Notes under the pieces: model-generated
Told to the model about the DNA's origin: nothing
Databases searched by the model: none
The model's input: only the letters and a program-made list of their open reading frames with translations
Source: Eledone cirrhosa
Taxonomy: Eukaryota
Assembly: GCA_964016885.1 (NCBI GenBank)
Contig: OZ024741.1
Span: 370,822,001-370,886,000, forward strand
Reading direction: 5' to 3'
DNA length: 64,000 nt
Part shown: piece by piece, positions 38,751 to 52,807 of the stretch
How the letters are laid out: each line of letters opens with the position of its first letter
Numbering within the stretch: the first letter of the stretch is position 1
Position numbers and translations under genes: made by a program

Positions 38751-39362
38751 TTTAGTGTGTTTAGTCTTGTTAGTGTGTTTAGTGTGTTTAGTCTTGTTAG
38801 TGTGTTTAGTGTGTTTAGTCTTGTTAGTGTGTTTAGTATAGTTAGTCGAGTTAGTATGTATATTGTATGTCGCTATACGTTATGTGTACCTACAACACAC
38901 AGTGTTTTGTTAGTGTGCCTAGTATAGTTAGTGTGTTTAGTCGAGTTAGTATGTATATTGTATGTTGTTCATATGTTATGTGTAACTACAACACACAGTG
39001 TCTTGTTAGTGGGTTTTGTCTAGTGTGTTTAGTCTAGTTAGTGTGTTTAGTCTAGTTAGTGTGTTTAGTCTAGTTAGTGTGTTTAGTCTAGTTAGTGTGT
39101 TTAGTCTTGTCAGTCGAGTTAGTATGTATATTGTATGTCACTTATACGTTATGTGTAAATAATACACACAGTCATATTAGTGTGTTTTATCTAGTTAATA
39201 TGTATATTGTATGTCACTTGTATGTTATATTTTAGTATAGATACCGTGTTTAGTCTAGTGAGTGTTTTTAGTCAAATTAGTGTGTTTAGTCAAATTAGTG
39301 TGTATATTGTGTCATTTGGCTGTTGTGTGTAAATACTAAACACATGGTGTTGTTAGTGTGTT
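38750..39362. repeat. ~18-29-bp minisatellite (tagtgtgtttagtctagt)
   Basis: Direct inspection. Confidence 0.88.
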
Positions 39363-39559
39363 AAATCACCTCTCGTGTGTTGCTGTTAGACCTTTCATTA
39401 TTTCATTTCTAATGAAATACACAACATATGTGTTTCAATTCATTTTTAAAATAATTAAAAATTTAGAGAAATTTAATAATATAATTAACACTCTCATTAT
39501 TAAGTTGGTGTTTGGAATATAATTTAATAAAGTCTCTTGCATAGAATTGTAATGGAAGG

Positions 39560-39873
39560 GTTTGGGTCGGTAAGACTGTTGAGTTGTGTCAATGACATGG
39601 CCTGCCTGGTGCTGCTTATATCATAGAATGAAGTCGGTAGAGAAGGGGAACGTTTGTGGGCGAAAGTAGGCCCACTGCATATATGAGCACTTGGTAGAGC
39701 ATGGAGACACATGTGAGCGAGGTACAGGCCTGCAGCGCATCTGAGGGGTCAGTTAATTCTGCAAGGTTCGGTCTATGACAACCCATCCAAACCTTGCTAG
39801 CAGGGAAAACGGAAGCTAAACAATGATGATGATGATGGTGATGATGATGGTGATGATGATGATATGATAATGA

Positions 39874-39917
<44 letters not shown>

Positions 39918-40009
39918 CGATGATGATGATGATGATGAAGGTGATGATGATGATGATGATGAGATGATGATGATGATGATGATGATGATGATATGATGAT
40001 TATGATGAC

Positions 40010-40042
<33 letters not shown>

Positions 40043-40119
40043 GGTGATGATGATGATGATGATGAGATGATGGTGATGATGATGATGATGAGATGATGGT
40101 GATGATGATGACGACGACA

Positions 40120-40151
<32 letters not shown>

Positions 40152-40175
40152 CCTGCTGATGACGATGATGATGAT
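39560..40175 (+). mobile_element. RTE-type 3' end followed by an expanded (GAT)n tail
   Basis: aaccttgctagcagggaaaacggaagctaaacaatgatgatg. Confidence 0.55.
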
Positions 40176-40541
40176 TAGGAGGAGGAGGGATGGGGGGAGA
40201 GGAGGACGAAGATGACGAAGAGGAGGAGGGGTGGAAGAGGGAGAGAGGGGGGTCACTTTAAGATGTGCAGTTTTGTATCATAAAACTAGGGGCGGTTCCA
40301 GGCACTTTCGTATCAAAAGGATTAATGAGGTTGTGGGTTAGCCCTAGGCAAGCTCTCATCCACAACTCCTGTGCTTTCCATCGCCTCCTTTTCCATAACC
40401 ACCATTGGCTTCGCCATTTTGAAAGGCACCAGTGTGTGATTAGAGTGAAATCTTAGTAAACTGGGCGATCATATAGATGTTCACTCCTAGGGAAGTTTCT
40501 CTCTCTATATCTTTCACTCTATATTACTTCTGTGTGTATTC

Positions 40542-40596
<55 letters not shown>

Positions 40597-40602
<6 letters not shown>

Positions 40603-41534
40603 TATTGAAGTTTGCTTGAAGCATTGTGGAATAATAAGGTAAATATTTACCTTATTATTCCACAATGCTTCAAGCAAACTTCAATACACTCTTATCCTTA
40701 CACCTGAGCCAGGAATTGTTTGCATCCGTAAGGGAAATGTTTAGACTGTCGGAGAAATGGGCCAATGCTGGCTGTCAAATTATTTTTCTTAAACACTGCC
40801 TAAAAAACGATGTCATCCCCAACACCATCAGGAACATCCGCTTACCAGTAAGCCTACGTACACCAGCTTTCCAAAACACCATTAACCGCATACATCGCAC
40901 GTGTATTAAACAGATCCTGAGACATCTCAACCGCCAATTACACGTCCATAAGCGGACACTCTCAGAGCGGACACATCGACTGTCAATAGCACCCGGGGAC
41001 TTGCTCCTGAAAATCACTAAAGCAATCGACCAGTGCTACCACTCCAGAGTCCAATACGAGAAAAAACGGCTCAAGCGAAAATATGAGTGGATCTTGTCGA
41101 AACGCCACAACGAGAACATCGACACTAACGAACAGACGGACCAGAACCACGTGGGAAACAACAACTTAACAACCGCCACCGCCGCATCCACCAACACCGA
41201 GCCACACCTCAACGATGCGACGCACCTGGTCACCGACCTAACCGGCACTCTCACGAGCGACGAGCTGAAACTCCTACACCTCGGACCCAAGTTCATCGTC
41301 TCACAACGACTCGACGCAGACTCAAACTCAACATCGAGGCCAACTTTTGTCGAGCCGCTTACCAACTTAAATGAGTGACCGCCATCAACAGCGCCACAGA
41401 AAATAATAGCGCCCACGCAACCCACCCCAAGTTCCCCACTTACCACCCGACAACCCACTCCACCCCCCACCCACCAACCACGAACTCGACACTAAACTCA
41501 TCAGGCTAAAACACTCCATCTCGGATATACTTCA

Positions 41535-41571
<37 letters not shown>

Positions 41572-41957
41572 CACATAACGTCACCAAATCTCAACTCACC
41601 ACTCTCTCCAACCTAAAATCGAAGAACCTCATCTATCTCCCCTCCGACAAGGGAAAAGAATTCTGCGTCATCAGCAGAGAGGCCTACAACACCCTGGCCC
41701 TCCAACATCTTGACGATGACAACCTCTACTCCAAGGTCACGGGAATCACTCCCGCGCAGATAGAAGAGCACATCAACGCCGCCTGGACCAACATCTGCGA
41801 CCGGCGGAAGCTCCCGAAGAAGCTGAGATACAACCTCCTCACGAGGAACAGCAGACTACCTGCCTTCTACCACCTCGTGAAAACACACAAACAGGGACCC
41901 GACCTGAAAATCAGGCCCATCGTATCGAGCGTGGAAGGACCACTCTAGAAAATTTCA
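40597..41957 (+). mobile_element. Second-family PLE 5' part with a terminal hairpin; frameshifted and cut off by a SINE
   Basis: IIFLKHCLKNDVIP, LLHLGPKF, then IYLPSDKGKEFCVI and YHLVKTHK...IRPIVSS; hairpin at 40599-40693; (TA)n upstream. Confidence 0.85.
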
Positions 41958-42131
41958 TGGCAGTATCGGTAGAGGGTCGGACGCCATGCTTTCCAGCAGA
42001 GTTACGTCCCTTTATGATCTGAGTTCAAATCCCGCCGAGGTTGACTTTGCCTTTCATCCTTACGGGGTCGATAAAATAAAGTACCAGTAATGCACTGGGT
42101 GATTGCTGGCCTTGTGCCTAAAGTAGAAACA
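41958..42131 (+). mobile_element. tRNA-derived SINE (octopus-type)
   Basis: tggcagtatcggtagag...ctgagttcaaatcccgccgagg...aagtagaaacaatta. Confidence 0.85.
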
Positions 42132-42145
42132 ATTAATTTTTATAT

Positions 42146-42242
<97 letters not shown>

Positions 42243-42342
42243 ATATATATGTATATATATATATATGTATATATATAAATATACACACATACATACGCAT
42301 AAATATATATATATATATATATATATACATACATACGCATAA

Positions 42343-42374
<32 letters not shown>

Positions 42375-43249
42375 ATATAGACACATACATACGCATAAAT
42401 ATATATATATATATATATATACATACACACACACATATATATATATGATATATATATATACGGTGTGTGTGGGGGGGGGGGAGAATATGTGTTTTTATTC
42501 ATTATTTATTAGTTTAGTTCTATGCAGCTTCTATTTCTTTAAATTATTTACATTTCTTTTTTATACATACATCAATATAATTATATGTATGTGTATATGA
42601 GTGTATGTATATGAGTGTATGTATGTGTGTGTGTGTGTGTGTGTGTATTATTTTTTAAATATAAACATATATATATATATATATATTCATGTGTGTGTAT
42701 GTATTCTTTTATCCGTCATTGTTATCGGAAGTCGTTCATCACATTTGTAGTTTGTTGGCCTGGTCGTCATTTGATCTCTGAAGCTAACGACTCAATTATG
42801 TCATCTGCTATAATATCTCTGACAAGCGGAAAATGGCGCCCATTGTATGAAATAGCGAGCGTTCTCATCGTTTTCTTTTTAGGAAAAATTTTTTTTTTTT
42901 TTCTTTTAGGGGTTGTGTGTGGAATTGTGAACATTTTATTCTTTTTTTTCACACTCGCCTTTTGTATATCGACTGTAGATTTAAAACACAGCCTGACGTA
43001 TACAACCACATCCGTGCACATGAATCCTCAACTCAGGAGTGTGGGGAAAGGTGGGTAAAGAGGGGTCTACAACAAAGAGGTTGTTACGAAACATTAGACC
43101 CCAACACCACCACTACTTCTCCAACTGTTTTTACTAAATTTTGTATTTTTTCCTTATTTCATTCAGCGTTATTATTCTCAATATCTTTCAGCCTCTCTTA
43201 ATTCCTCACTATATATCTATCTACCATATCTCTTTCTATGTATATATAC

Positions 43250-43285
<36 letters not shown>

Positions 43286-43426
43286 GTATACACACACACA
43301 CACACACACACATATGTGTGTGTGTGTTTATGTACATGTATAAATATATATCTATAGATATATATAGATGTATTGTGTGTATATATACATATACATAATG
43401 TATATATAGACATTTGCATATACACA

Positions 43427-43488
<62 letters not shown>

Positions 43489-43521
43489 CATAAATATATA
43501 AATATATATATATATATATAT

Positions 43522-43574
<53 letters not shown>

Positions 43575-43576
43575 CA

Positions 43577-43633
<57 letters not shown>

Positions 43634-43637
43634 TATG

Positions 43638-43673
<36 letters not shown>

Positions 43674-43849
43674 TATGTATGTATGAATGTGTGTATATAT
43701 ATATAGAACAAATATTTTACAGCTATTCAATCTGACACAAGAGCTGTGAATCAGTTTCATTGATGTGACACAGACATTAAATTTTCTCTCTCTCTCTCTT
43801 TCTCTCTCTCACTCTCTCTTTCCCTCTCTTTCTCTCTCTCTGTCATAGA

Positions 43850-44282
43850 TCTCACAATCGTCAGGTTGTGAGTTCGAATCCCCGATGCGTCGTGTTCTTG
43901 AGCATGACACTTTATTTCACGTTGCTCCATTTCACTCAGCTGTAGAAATGAGTTGTGACGTCACTGGTGTCAAGCTGTATTGGCCAATGCCTGTCCCTTG
44001 GACAACATCGTTGGCGTGGTGAGAGGAGACTGGGATGCTAGGGACTTGCCATTTCAGACGCTGTGGCAACGGCTGGTCCAACAGTACCGTTGGTAGGGGT
44101 CGAAACTGCCTTAGTCCATTTCAACGGCTGAAGACCGTGAAGTCCTTTCGTTTTCCTTTCCATTGAACAACATCGGTGTCGTGCAGAGGGGAGACTGGTA
44201 TGTATGGGTGACTGCTAGTCTTCCCAGGCTCGGAAGAGAACTTTCTAGGTGCAAAACCATGGGGACCGAAGGGTGCCTACGA
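43850..44282 (+). mobile_element. tRNA-derived SINE (third family) with internal duplication or insert
   Basis: gagttcgaatccc B-box, gtgttcttgagcatgacactt; ccttggacaacatcg segment occurs twice. Confidence 0.6.
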
Positions 44283-44304
44283 AATATATGTATACGCACG
44301 CACA

Positions 44305-44385
<81 letters not shown>

Positions 44386-44404
44386 GTATATATAATGGAG
44401 GAGT

Positions 44405-44727
44405 CGTGGTAAGGAACCAGAGGACCATAACGCACCAGAGTACTCAATACTTAGAGTAGTAGAGTGGGTAATAGGAATAAGTATGACCCCGACGGCAGAG
44501 CTCAAGCCGTTTCGACGGCCCTTTCTGTCCAGAAATAGCCGTCGAAACGGCTTGAGCTCTGCCGTCGGGGTCATACTTTCTCATATATATATATGAAAAG
44601 ATTCAGGACCCCGACGGCTGAGCTCCGGTCCTTTCGACAGCTAGATCCGAACTGACATTACCGACTCCACTACCCCAAGTATCGAGTACTCTGGTGCGTT
44701 ATGGTCCACCTGGTATCTTACCACACC
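44405..44727. repeat. Nested inverted repeats (inner hairpin 44479-44578); relative at 13760-13880
   Basis: aagtatgaccccgacggcagagctcaagccgtttcgacggc and its exact reverse complement; outer arms ggaccataacgcaccagagtactc / gagtactctggtgcgttatggtcc. Confidence 0.85.
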
Positions 44728-45338
44728 CTCTTTGTTATTTCTATATATATATATGTGTGTGTGCGCGTGTGTGTGTGTGTATGTGTGTGTGTGTGTGTGT
44801 ATGTATATGTGTGTGTGTGTATGTGTGTGTATGTGTGTGTGTATGTGCCTTACTCACAATTTCTGTCTCTCTCACATCATCGCTTTCTCTCTCATCTTTC
44901 CAATGGTGGTTGTTGCTGTTGTTGCTGTTGCTGTTTTTGGTGGTGCTGGTGGTGTTGGTGGTGGTAGTCGTCGTCGTCGTCGTGGTAGACGTGGTGCTGT
45001 TTTCGGTGATCCAGTGAGGTTTGGTCTAATTTATATTGCATTAACGGATACTGTGAGGAAGCCTGTCAGTGTATCATGTTGCATCTCCCTGAGAATTCTG
45101 CCAAGAGTAGACATGTCCGTGAAATACTCAGCCACTTACATAATAATACAAATTGGAGTATACATGTAATGCAAAGGACCCGTCTTGCCATACCGAATCT
45201 CCCTGAGAATTACATTATTGATACACATGACTGTGGAATACACAGCCACTTACATGATAATTGAATATGAACTGTAAATGTAATTTGAAGGGCTAGTCTT
45301 GTCACATGGAGCGTCCTGCTGAATCTTCCTGAGAATTA

Positions 45339-45506
45339 CCGTATTTCCCGACGCCGAAGACACTTCGTCCTCGAGGACGCACCCAATTTTGACAACCAAA
45401 ATTTAAAAAAAATAATAATAAACAACCTTCGGCCTCCAGGATGCATCGTAGATTTTTTAGAGTTATTTTAGGGGAAAAGTAGCGTCTTCTACGCCGGAAA
45501 ATACGG
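45339..45506. mobile_element. Tc1/mariner (pogo/Tigger-like) MITE
   Basis: TA|CCGTATTTCCCGACGCCGAAGAC...GTCTTCTACGCCGGAAAATACGG|TA. Confidence 0.85.
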
Positions 45507-46179
45507 TACGTTAAGTGTACACATACCTGTTCAATGCTCTACAACTTGTATCGTATCTCTTGAACACTTATCATTATAACCGGGGTAGTTCCATTCCAGA
45601 TGTACATCAGCTGTTATTGAATCTGTTTCACTTCTTCTATCAAGACATTTCCTATAATTCCTGAGAGGGTTCGTTGGGGCAGAGTCCTCAAACACTCCTT
45701 CATGCGGATCCATCTCAATTAATCCCCAACCGAGAACAGCCGAGCTCATGGATGTTATCCAAATATCTTGCTCGGGGTCTACTTAAATTTCCAATTTCTT
45801 CTCCCTAAAAGTGTTAAAAGTGTCAAATTTCAAACTTGATCTCAGTTGAGATGCTTTTAGGTAACATGACAGGAATCTTCTATTTCTGAGGTAAAATTCC
45901 ATGAATGTCATCTAATTTATTCTCCCGGAAGTTGATAAATAAAACTCCAGATGTATCATTGAAGAGATATTACTTCAGGTAAAATAATCTAGAATAATAA
46001 AAACTTCACAAGCATCTTACCCTAGGGGTAGACGCTTCGTTAACCAACCTAAAGCTAGGGCTCAACAAACATTCCCCTTACTGCAGTTTCATGAGCAAAA
46101 GAACAGAATTGACCATCTCAATATATTAAGGCAATCCATTCTGCAAGAAGAGCACAATAATTCGAGGGGGTGGGGTGTA

Positions 46180-46580
46180 TTGGCAGTAACGGTAGAGGGT
46201 CGGACGCCATGATTTGCAGCATAGAGTTACGTCCCTTTACGGTCTGAGTTCAAATACCGCGAGGTTAACTTTGCCTTTCATCCTTATGGGGTCGATAAAA
46301 TAAAGTACCAGTAATGCACTGGGATAATTGCTGGCTTTGTGCCCAAAGTAGAAACAATTATTATTAGCGGATTGGCAGTATCGGTAGAGCGTCGGACAAC
46401 ATGCTTCGCAACATAGAGTTGCGAGCCTTTACGTTCTGAGTTCAAATCCCACCAAGGTTAGCTTTGCCTTTCATCCTTACGAGGTCGATAAAATAAAGTA
46501 CCAGTCAAGCACTGGGGTCAATTTAATCGACTTTCCCCTCCCTAAAAATTGCTGGCCTTGTGCCTATATAAGAAACCATT
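46180..46580 (+). mobile_element. Head-to-tail pair of octopus-type SINEs
   Basis: Two full copies joined at agaaacaattattatt. Confidence 0.85.
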
Positions 46581-47169
46581 ATTATGAAAGCATATACTAA
46601 TCAGTTGTTGAAACAGTATGTGCTTCCATCAAGTCAGCATGAGGTACAATACTGCACGCATGCGTAGATCGACCAGCAGGGTAAATATTTATATACCACG
46701 GACAAGATGATGAGTCTAAAATTGCCACTAGAAATAGCAACCAACATAAACTGTATAACAGCTCAGCATTTAACGAGTAGCAAATATCATATATAAGTAA
46801 AATTTATCAGCAATATACTTTACATCTCGATAAAAAATTGCTAAAAAAAACAATTTAGAGAAGCGTATAAATATAAAAGATCCAATACTCCTTGTGGAGT
46901 CGTAGAGGCACCGTCAAACCGCATGTCAAGGTTACTTTTTAAACATGGCGGAGCCCAACCCTCTCAAGGTCTGAACACAGCCGATTTTTTCTATAGAGGA
47001 AGAATCGACCCCAGTACTGGACTGGTACTTATAAATATAGAAATATCTTAAATAAAAATACAGAATAACCAACGAGTAGAGCCCGGTGATAAGAAAAATT
47101 TCACAAGCATCTTCCTCTTGTATATATATATATAAATATATATATAAACATATATATATATATAGTCTA

Positions 47170-47441
47170 AAGTCTGTCTTAAGCCAGAAGGCTCATTTGG
47201 CCGGTGCTTATTCCGGTTTCATGGCGTGAAGCGACTAAGAGTACAAGACTTGTCCCTGGACAGGACGCCAGTCCATCGCAGGGTTAAACTCCCAGCTATT
47301 ACTGGTACTCATTTTCAGCTGAGCATACTGGAGCAGCGTGAAATGAAGTGTTTTGCTCAAGAACACAACACGCAACCCAGGAATCGAACCCACGACATTA
47401 TGATCGTAAGTCCAACACCCTTACCATTAGGCTACGTGCCT

Positions 47442-47443
<2 letters not shown>
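47170..47443 (-). mobile_element. tRNA-derived SINE with a Nin/Deu-like central domain
   Basis: Reverse complement has gggttcgattcc B-box, gtgttcttgagcaaaacactt, cagctgaaaatgagtacc. Confidence 0.7.
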
Positions 47444-47508
<65 letters not shown>

Positions 47509-47525
47509 CATATATATACACACAC

Positions 47526-47663
<138 letters not shown>

Positions 47664-48034
47664 GCGAACCAGGTTCTGTGTATATGGACGCAGGTATAGC
47701 TGACGTATTTAGAAGTTTGCTTTACAATCATGAAAACCTTCGTTCGATCCCACTGCACGCCATCTTGTAAAAGTGTCTTGACTGTAGCCTCGGGTCGATT
47801 TAAGCCTTCTGATTGAAACTTGGTAAACGGAAATTCTATGGAAGCTTGTTGGGTAAACAGTATCTGTAATTCCAATCGTGTTATACAAAATACGATGCTG
47901 AATCTCTATGAGAATTATGTTTAGATTGCTCATAGAAAATATAATCCTAGATATATAATAAAGAGGCAGGATATTTACAGCTGGAATGGTGTTTTAATTA
48001 TAATTCTGCTTAGTCAGAGCTGACTTGGGTTTAA

Positions 48035-48354
48035 CCCTTTCATTAACACACATCCAATGAAACATCGTATTTCAATTAATTAATTGTTTTTACTTTTGGC
48101 ACAAGGCCAGCAATTACCCCTGTGTATTACTAGTACTTTATTTTATCGACCCCGTAAGGTGAAAGGCAAATTAATGAAGAATTGGGAGGGATTTACTAAA
48201 ATTATTATTTCATTCTTAAAATATTATTTATTACAAATGATTCTTATATAAAATTATGTGGGAAGATTTTAACTTTTTAAAAGGGTTGTTGTTGTCGTTG
48301 TTGTTGTTTTTCATAGAAACAGAAGCGGTTTGGGGTGGGCTGATATCAAAAGGT
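48035..48354. mobile_element. piggyBac-like MITE with a nested SINE fragment
   Basis: TTAA|CCCTTT...AAAGGT|TTAA. Confidence 0.55.
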
Positions 48355-49088
48355 TTAAAGAAAAATAATTTACATTTATCAGTTTCTAAAACAAGGTAGG
48401 GGCTGGAGGTTTTTCTTTTTTTTTTTTAGTGAGTGGGGTTGTGGTGGTAGCCAGGGTATTATTTTTTGTTGTATTGATATTATTAGTACTCGAATGGTAT
48501 CTTATTTTCTCGACATCACCTACTCCTCCAAAGAAGGAAAGTCAAACTCGATGGAATTTGAACCCAGATCTTTAAGGGTTGAAGGTAAATACAGCATGTC
48601 ATTTAAGTCCAACCTCCCTACCGTTTCTGTCATTATTCTTGGTTCAACCTTTTCTATTATTAACGAGTCTCTGACAGGGAAAGGAGATAGAGTTAGAGAG
48701 AGTGAGAATCTAAGGAACAGTAAGAGAGACTAAGAGTGACATAGTGAGAGAGATTGTGAGAGTCTAAAGAAGAGAAAGAGAGACTCAGACATAGAGAGAG
48801 AGAGATAGTGAGAGTAAAAGACGAAGAAAGAAAAGGAGAAACTAAGACATATAGCGGGAGAAAAGAGGAGACTAAGAGATAGGGAGAGAGAAAGAGAGAG
48901 GGAAATTAACAGATAGATAGAGAGGGGAAGAGAATAAAAGAGATAGAGAAAGCGTACTGTGTGAAGAGTGGAAGAGTGATTAAGAGATAAAGGGAGAGTG
49001 TGTGTTTAAGAAAGAGAAAGAGATATGAAGGTATATAGAGAGAGAAAGAGAGAGAGAATCTAAGAAAGAATCTAAGAAAGAGAAAGAT

Positions 49089-49160
<72 letters not shown>

Positions 49161-50269
49161 GTTGTTAAACAATATTCGATGATTATGTCAAAGAATGAGT
49201 TTTACAGTAGATTGGAAGCACTCAACGGAAAATAATTTTCAGGAGTTATTAATATTATAATATAAGTATTAATAAAAAGAACATCTATTTTATAAATACT
49301 TATTATAATATATATATATATATACATAGAGAGAGAGCATGTGATAGATAGATGGAGAAAGAGAGACAGAGAGACTGTGGTAGATAGATAGATATATAGA
49401 GAGAGAGAGGCAGATAGAGAGATAGATAGAGAGAGGGGCTAGAGAGATAGATATATAGATAGATAGACCAAGAAAGAGTGAGAGGGAGAGAGTTAGACTG
49501 TGGTAGCTAGTGAGGGAGAGAGAAAAAGAGAAAGAGAAAGATAGAGAGAGAGAAGGGGTGAGACATGGAGGGAGAAAGATGAAGAAGTTAGTGGAGGGCA
49601 GTATGAATAGAAGATGAGAGAAAAGAGCAAACACCCGGATGTTGACGTTAACCTAAGTGACGTCACGATATAGTACTTCATTATCATTTTCTTTACTTCC
49701 CCTTCACAACATTACAATCCATTTCTTTCAGCTAAACAGTTGCGCCCTCTCACAGAAAAAAATTAATATTAAAAAGTAAATACAAAATAATATATTAAAA
49801 AGAGAAGAAAAAACAGTGGGGTTTATTAGAAGTCCTGCAATATTAATTAGGGGTTACCTTCCCTCCTTCCTCCCAAATTAACGGATCAGCCCTAACTTCT
49901 CCAATTTCACCCAGTTTGGCTGAAGTATTGGTTCATGTGTGTGTGTGTGTGTGTGGGTGGGTGGGGGTGGGGGTTGTAAGTGTCTCTGTCTGGGTGTTTG
50001 TATGTTTGTTAGTGTGTGGAAGTGTGTGGGTGTTTCTTCGAGAATGTGGGTGTTTGTTTGTGTGTGTGTGCATAGGTGTTTACATCTAAGGGAGTCGGTG
50101 TTGGTGTGTGCGTGTGTTTATGTATGCATATGTGTATCTATGTGTGTATCAGTGTGTTTATTTATGTGTGTGTGTTTATGCATGTAATCAACCATAATAA
50201 TATTCTATGTGTGTTTTCATATATATGTTTGTGTGTGTATGTGTGTGTGGGGGGTGAGTGTGTGTGTGT

Positions 50270-51415
50270 GTGTGTGTGTATTATGTATTTCAGTAGAAAA
50301 GCTAAAGGAAAGAAGAGTGCTCTACGTATAGTACAGAGCTATATAATTACATAATAAACAACACAATATAATTATTCCATTACCAAAAGGAAGCTAGACG
50401 ATCTTAACAGAAACGTCCAGTACGCTCATCAGATGAAATATTTAATACTAGCAGAATTGCCCGGTGTTGCTCGGGATTCTAAACATAGATTGGCATGTTT
50501 ATCCCTCCTTTCTGAAACAGTTTCGTCCTATGTTCACCAATTGATGCAGAAGTCCTAATAAAAAGGGAGGTCGCCTTGGGTGAATAGGCAAATAATTTTC
50601 CATTAAGATTTTTCAAAAGCATGTAATTGCGTTCCCTCTCTTTTTTTTTGTTGCTGTTTTAGCTGCTGTCGAGCCTCGTGAAATAAATACGTTTGTTTAT
50701 ATTTTGTTATTGTGTATGCAAAAATATCTGTACCCGAATATATAATTATATATATATATATATTAAAATAACAGATTAAAGTTTAAGCAAATAATCGCTG
50801 CTTTGACCCTTAACGGGTTCTTCTGAAACTAAAAAAATCAATCTGTGAACGCAGAAGTAAATATTCCGAGAAACGTTACACACTATATATACATATATAT
50901 ACACACACACTATATATATACACACACACACACACACACATAGCGTCATAATGACGTAATGCAGACAGCCAGACATACAGACCGATATTATAAGGGCTCA
51001 ACGTTATATCTATCTATCTATCTAAAAAGACAGACTAAGAAGTATAGAGAGATCATTAAACGGCGTCTAATGTGGTCCCTAGAGCATTGAAAATTTGAAA
51101 TATCTTTTGCGCAAAACACTCGCACGACCATAAGTATTACATGTGGTAAAGTTTGAAAAAAATCGGTTGGGTGGTTCTCGAGTTTTAGGGAGTCAGACAG
51201 ACAGACAGACAGACAAACATTCTCTGTTTTAGATATATAGATTAAATAATATTTCACCTTATGAGTTTACTGGACGTGTCTGTTAAGATCGTCTAGTTTC
51301 CAATGGAATAATTATATTGTGTTGTTTATTATGTAATTAAATAGCTCTGTACTATACATAGAGCACTCTTCTTTCTTTTACCTTTTCTACTGAAATACAT
51401 AATACACACACACAC
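50270..51415. repeat. ~170-bp inverted arms (50270-50446 / 51243-51415) interrupted by a Helitron
   Basis: tattatgtatttcagtagaaaag... / ...cttttctactgaaatacataata. Confidence 0.85.
50448..51241 (-). mobile_element. Non-autonomous Helitron
   Basis: Minus strand: A|TC start, (GTCT)n near the 5' end, CCCGAGCAACACCGGG hairpin and CTAG|T end. Confidence 0.85.
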
Positions 51416-51418
51416 ATA

Positions 51419-52162
51419 TCTAATATATATTTGTGAAATGGGTGGTGGTTGAAATTCAGTTGTGCACGGTTAAATGGTAGTAGACTTAGTCGGACGGATA
51501 TGGAAATTTACACACCTATGTAAAAAGTGCCAAGGAAGCAAATAGACGAGGTTTCAAATCTCTAACTTGAAAAATGTGGTCCCTGGGACCCCAAAATGGT
51601 CTATTTACTATCGCGTTCGGTGAGTTATTTCCCCCTGTTCTAATACCTTTGTCTTATTTACAATTTCATACATAATAAAGCAGTAAATAAAGGATTATGA
51701 GTTCATGTAATTGACTTGTTTCGTCACTATATATATATATATATGATATGAAAACGCTTTAATTAAAAAAAATATCAACTGTAATGTATGTATGCATGTA
51801 TTTATGTGTTTATATGAGCGGAGATATGCAAGTAAATCTTACTTTGTGGACAGCTGCCCCTTAGCAGAACAGCATATATTTGAAAGTTTTCAGGGAGTTG
51901 AATTACTGATTTTGGATCGGCAGCTTTAGCTTTGAAAAAATGAAATGTGCAGTGTAAACATTTTTTATTATTCCTCCGAGGATGAATCTTCTCTGTCTTT
52001 TTCAATCTCTTTCTTTCTGGAAGAAATCAGCCGTAGTAAGACCTAAAAAAATGGTTAGATACACCATGACGCACCGTGCATCACGGTGGAGTTGAAAAGC
52101 AGACTCAGAACATGGCGATGTGTGGGGGTGGCTCGCAGCCCAATGTTCCAGGGGGAGCAAAA

Positions 52163-52211
<49 letters not shown>

Positions 52212-52729
52212 CTACCACATTCTGAGAAATGGTATGAGCATAGGCCAGAGGCGGTGATGGAGAACAGTCAGGTGAAGGTGCTGTGGGATTTTAGGATACA
52301 GACGGACAAAAAACTGGAACACAATAGACCTGACCTGGTGGTTGTGGACAAAGAAAAAAGATCGTGCCTGATTGTGGATGTGGCCTGCCCGTTCGACACG
52401 AGAGTGCAAGAGAAGGAGAGGGAGAAAATTAACCGATACCAGGACCTAAAGTGGGAGGTGAAAAGGATTTGGAACTGCCATGAAGTCAAAGTGATCCCGA
52501 TTGTCATAGGCGCACTGGGGACTATCTCCAAAGGTTTCCAGGGATGGTTAAAGAAAATCGGCCCCTTCACGCTTTTTGGAACGCTTCAAAAGGCATGCTT
52601 GCTTGGAACGGCAAGAACCCTCCGATACGTCCTGAATATCTGAGGCTGCAGGTAGTGGCTTGATATTCAATCCAACGGACTTTCCAGTTAACCAACATCA
52701 ATGACTGAGATTCAAGGAATAACAATAAC

Positions 52730-52807
<78 letters not shown>

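Noticed and set aside
41958-42050. tRNA genes at SINE heads
   Set aside because: A/B boxes are present but there is no cloverleaf, and they continue into SINE bodies
44090-44145. Type-II hammerhead (GAAAC...GTC...CTGAAGA)
   Set aside because: Stem I and stem II do not pair in register
45531-45806. Host exon on the minus strand
   Set aside because: All frames from the putative acceptor contain stops, and the apparent donor lies in a repeat tail
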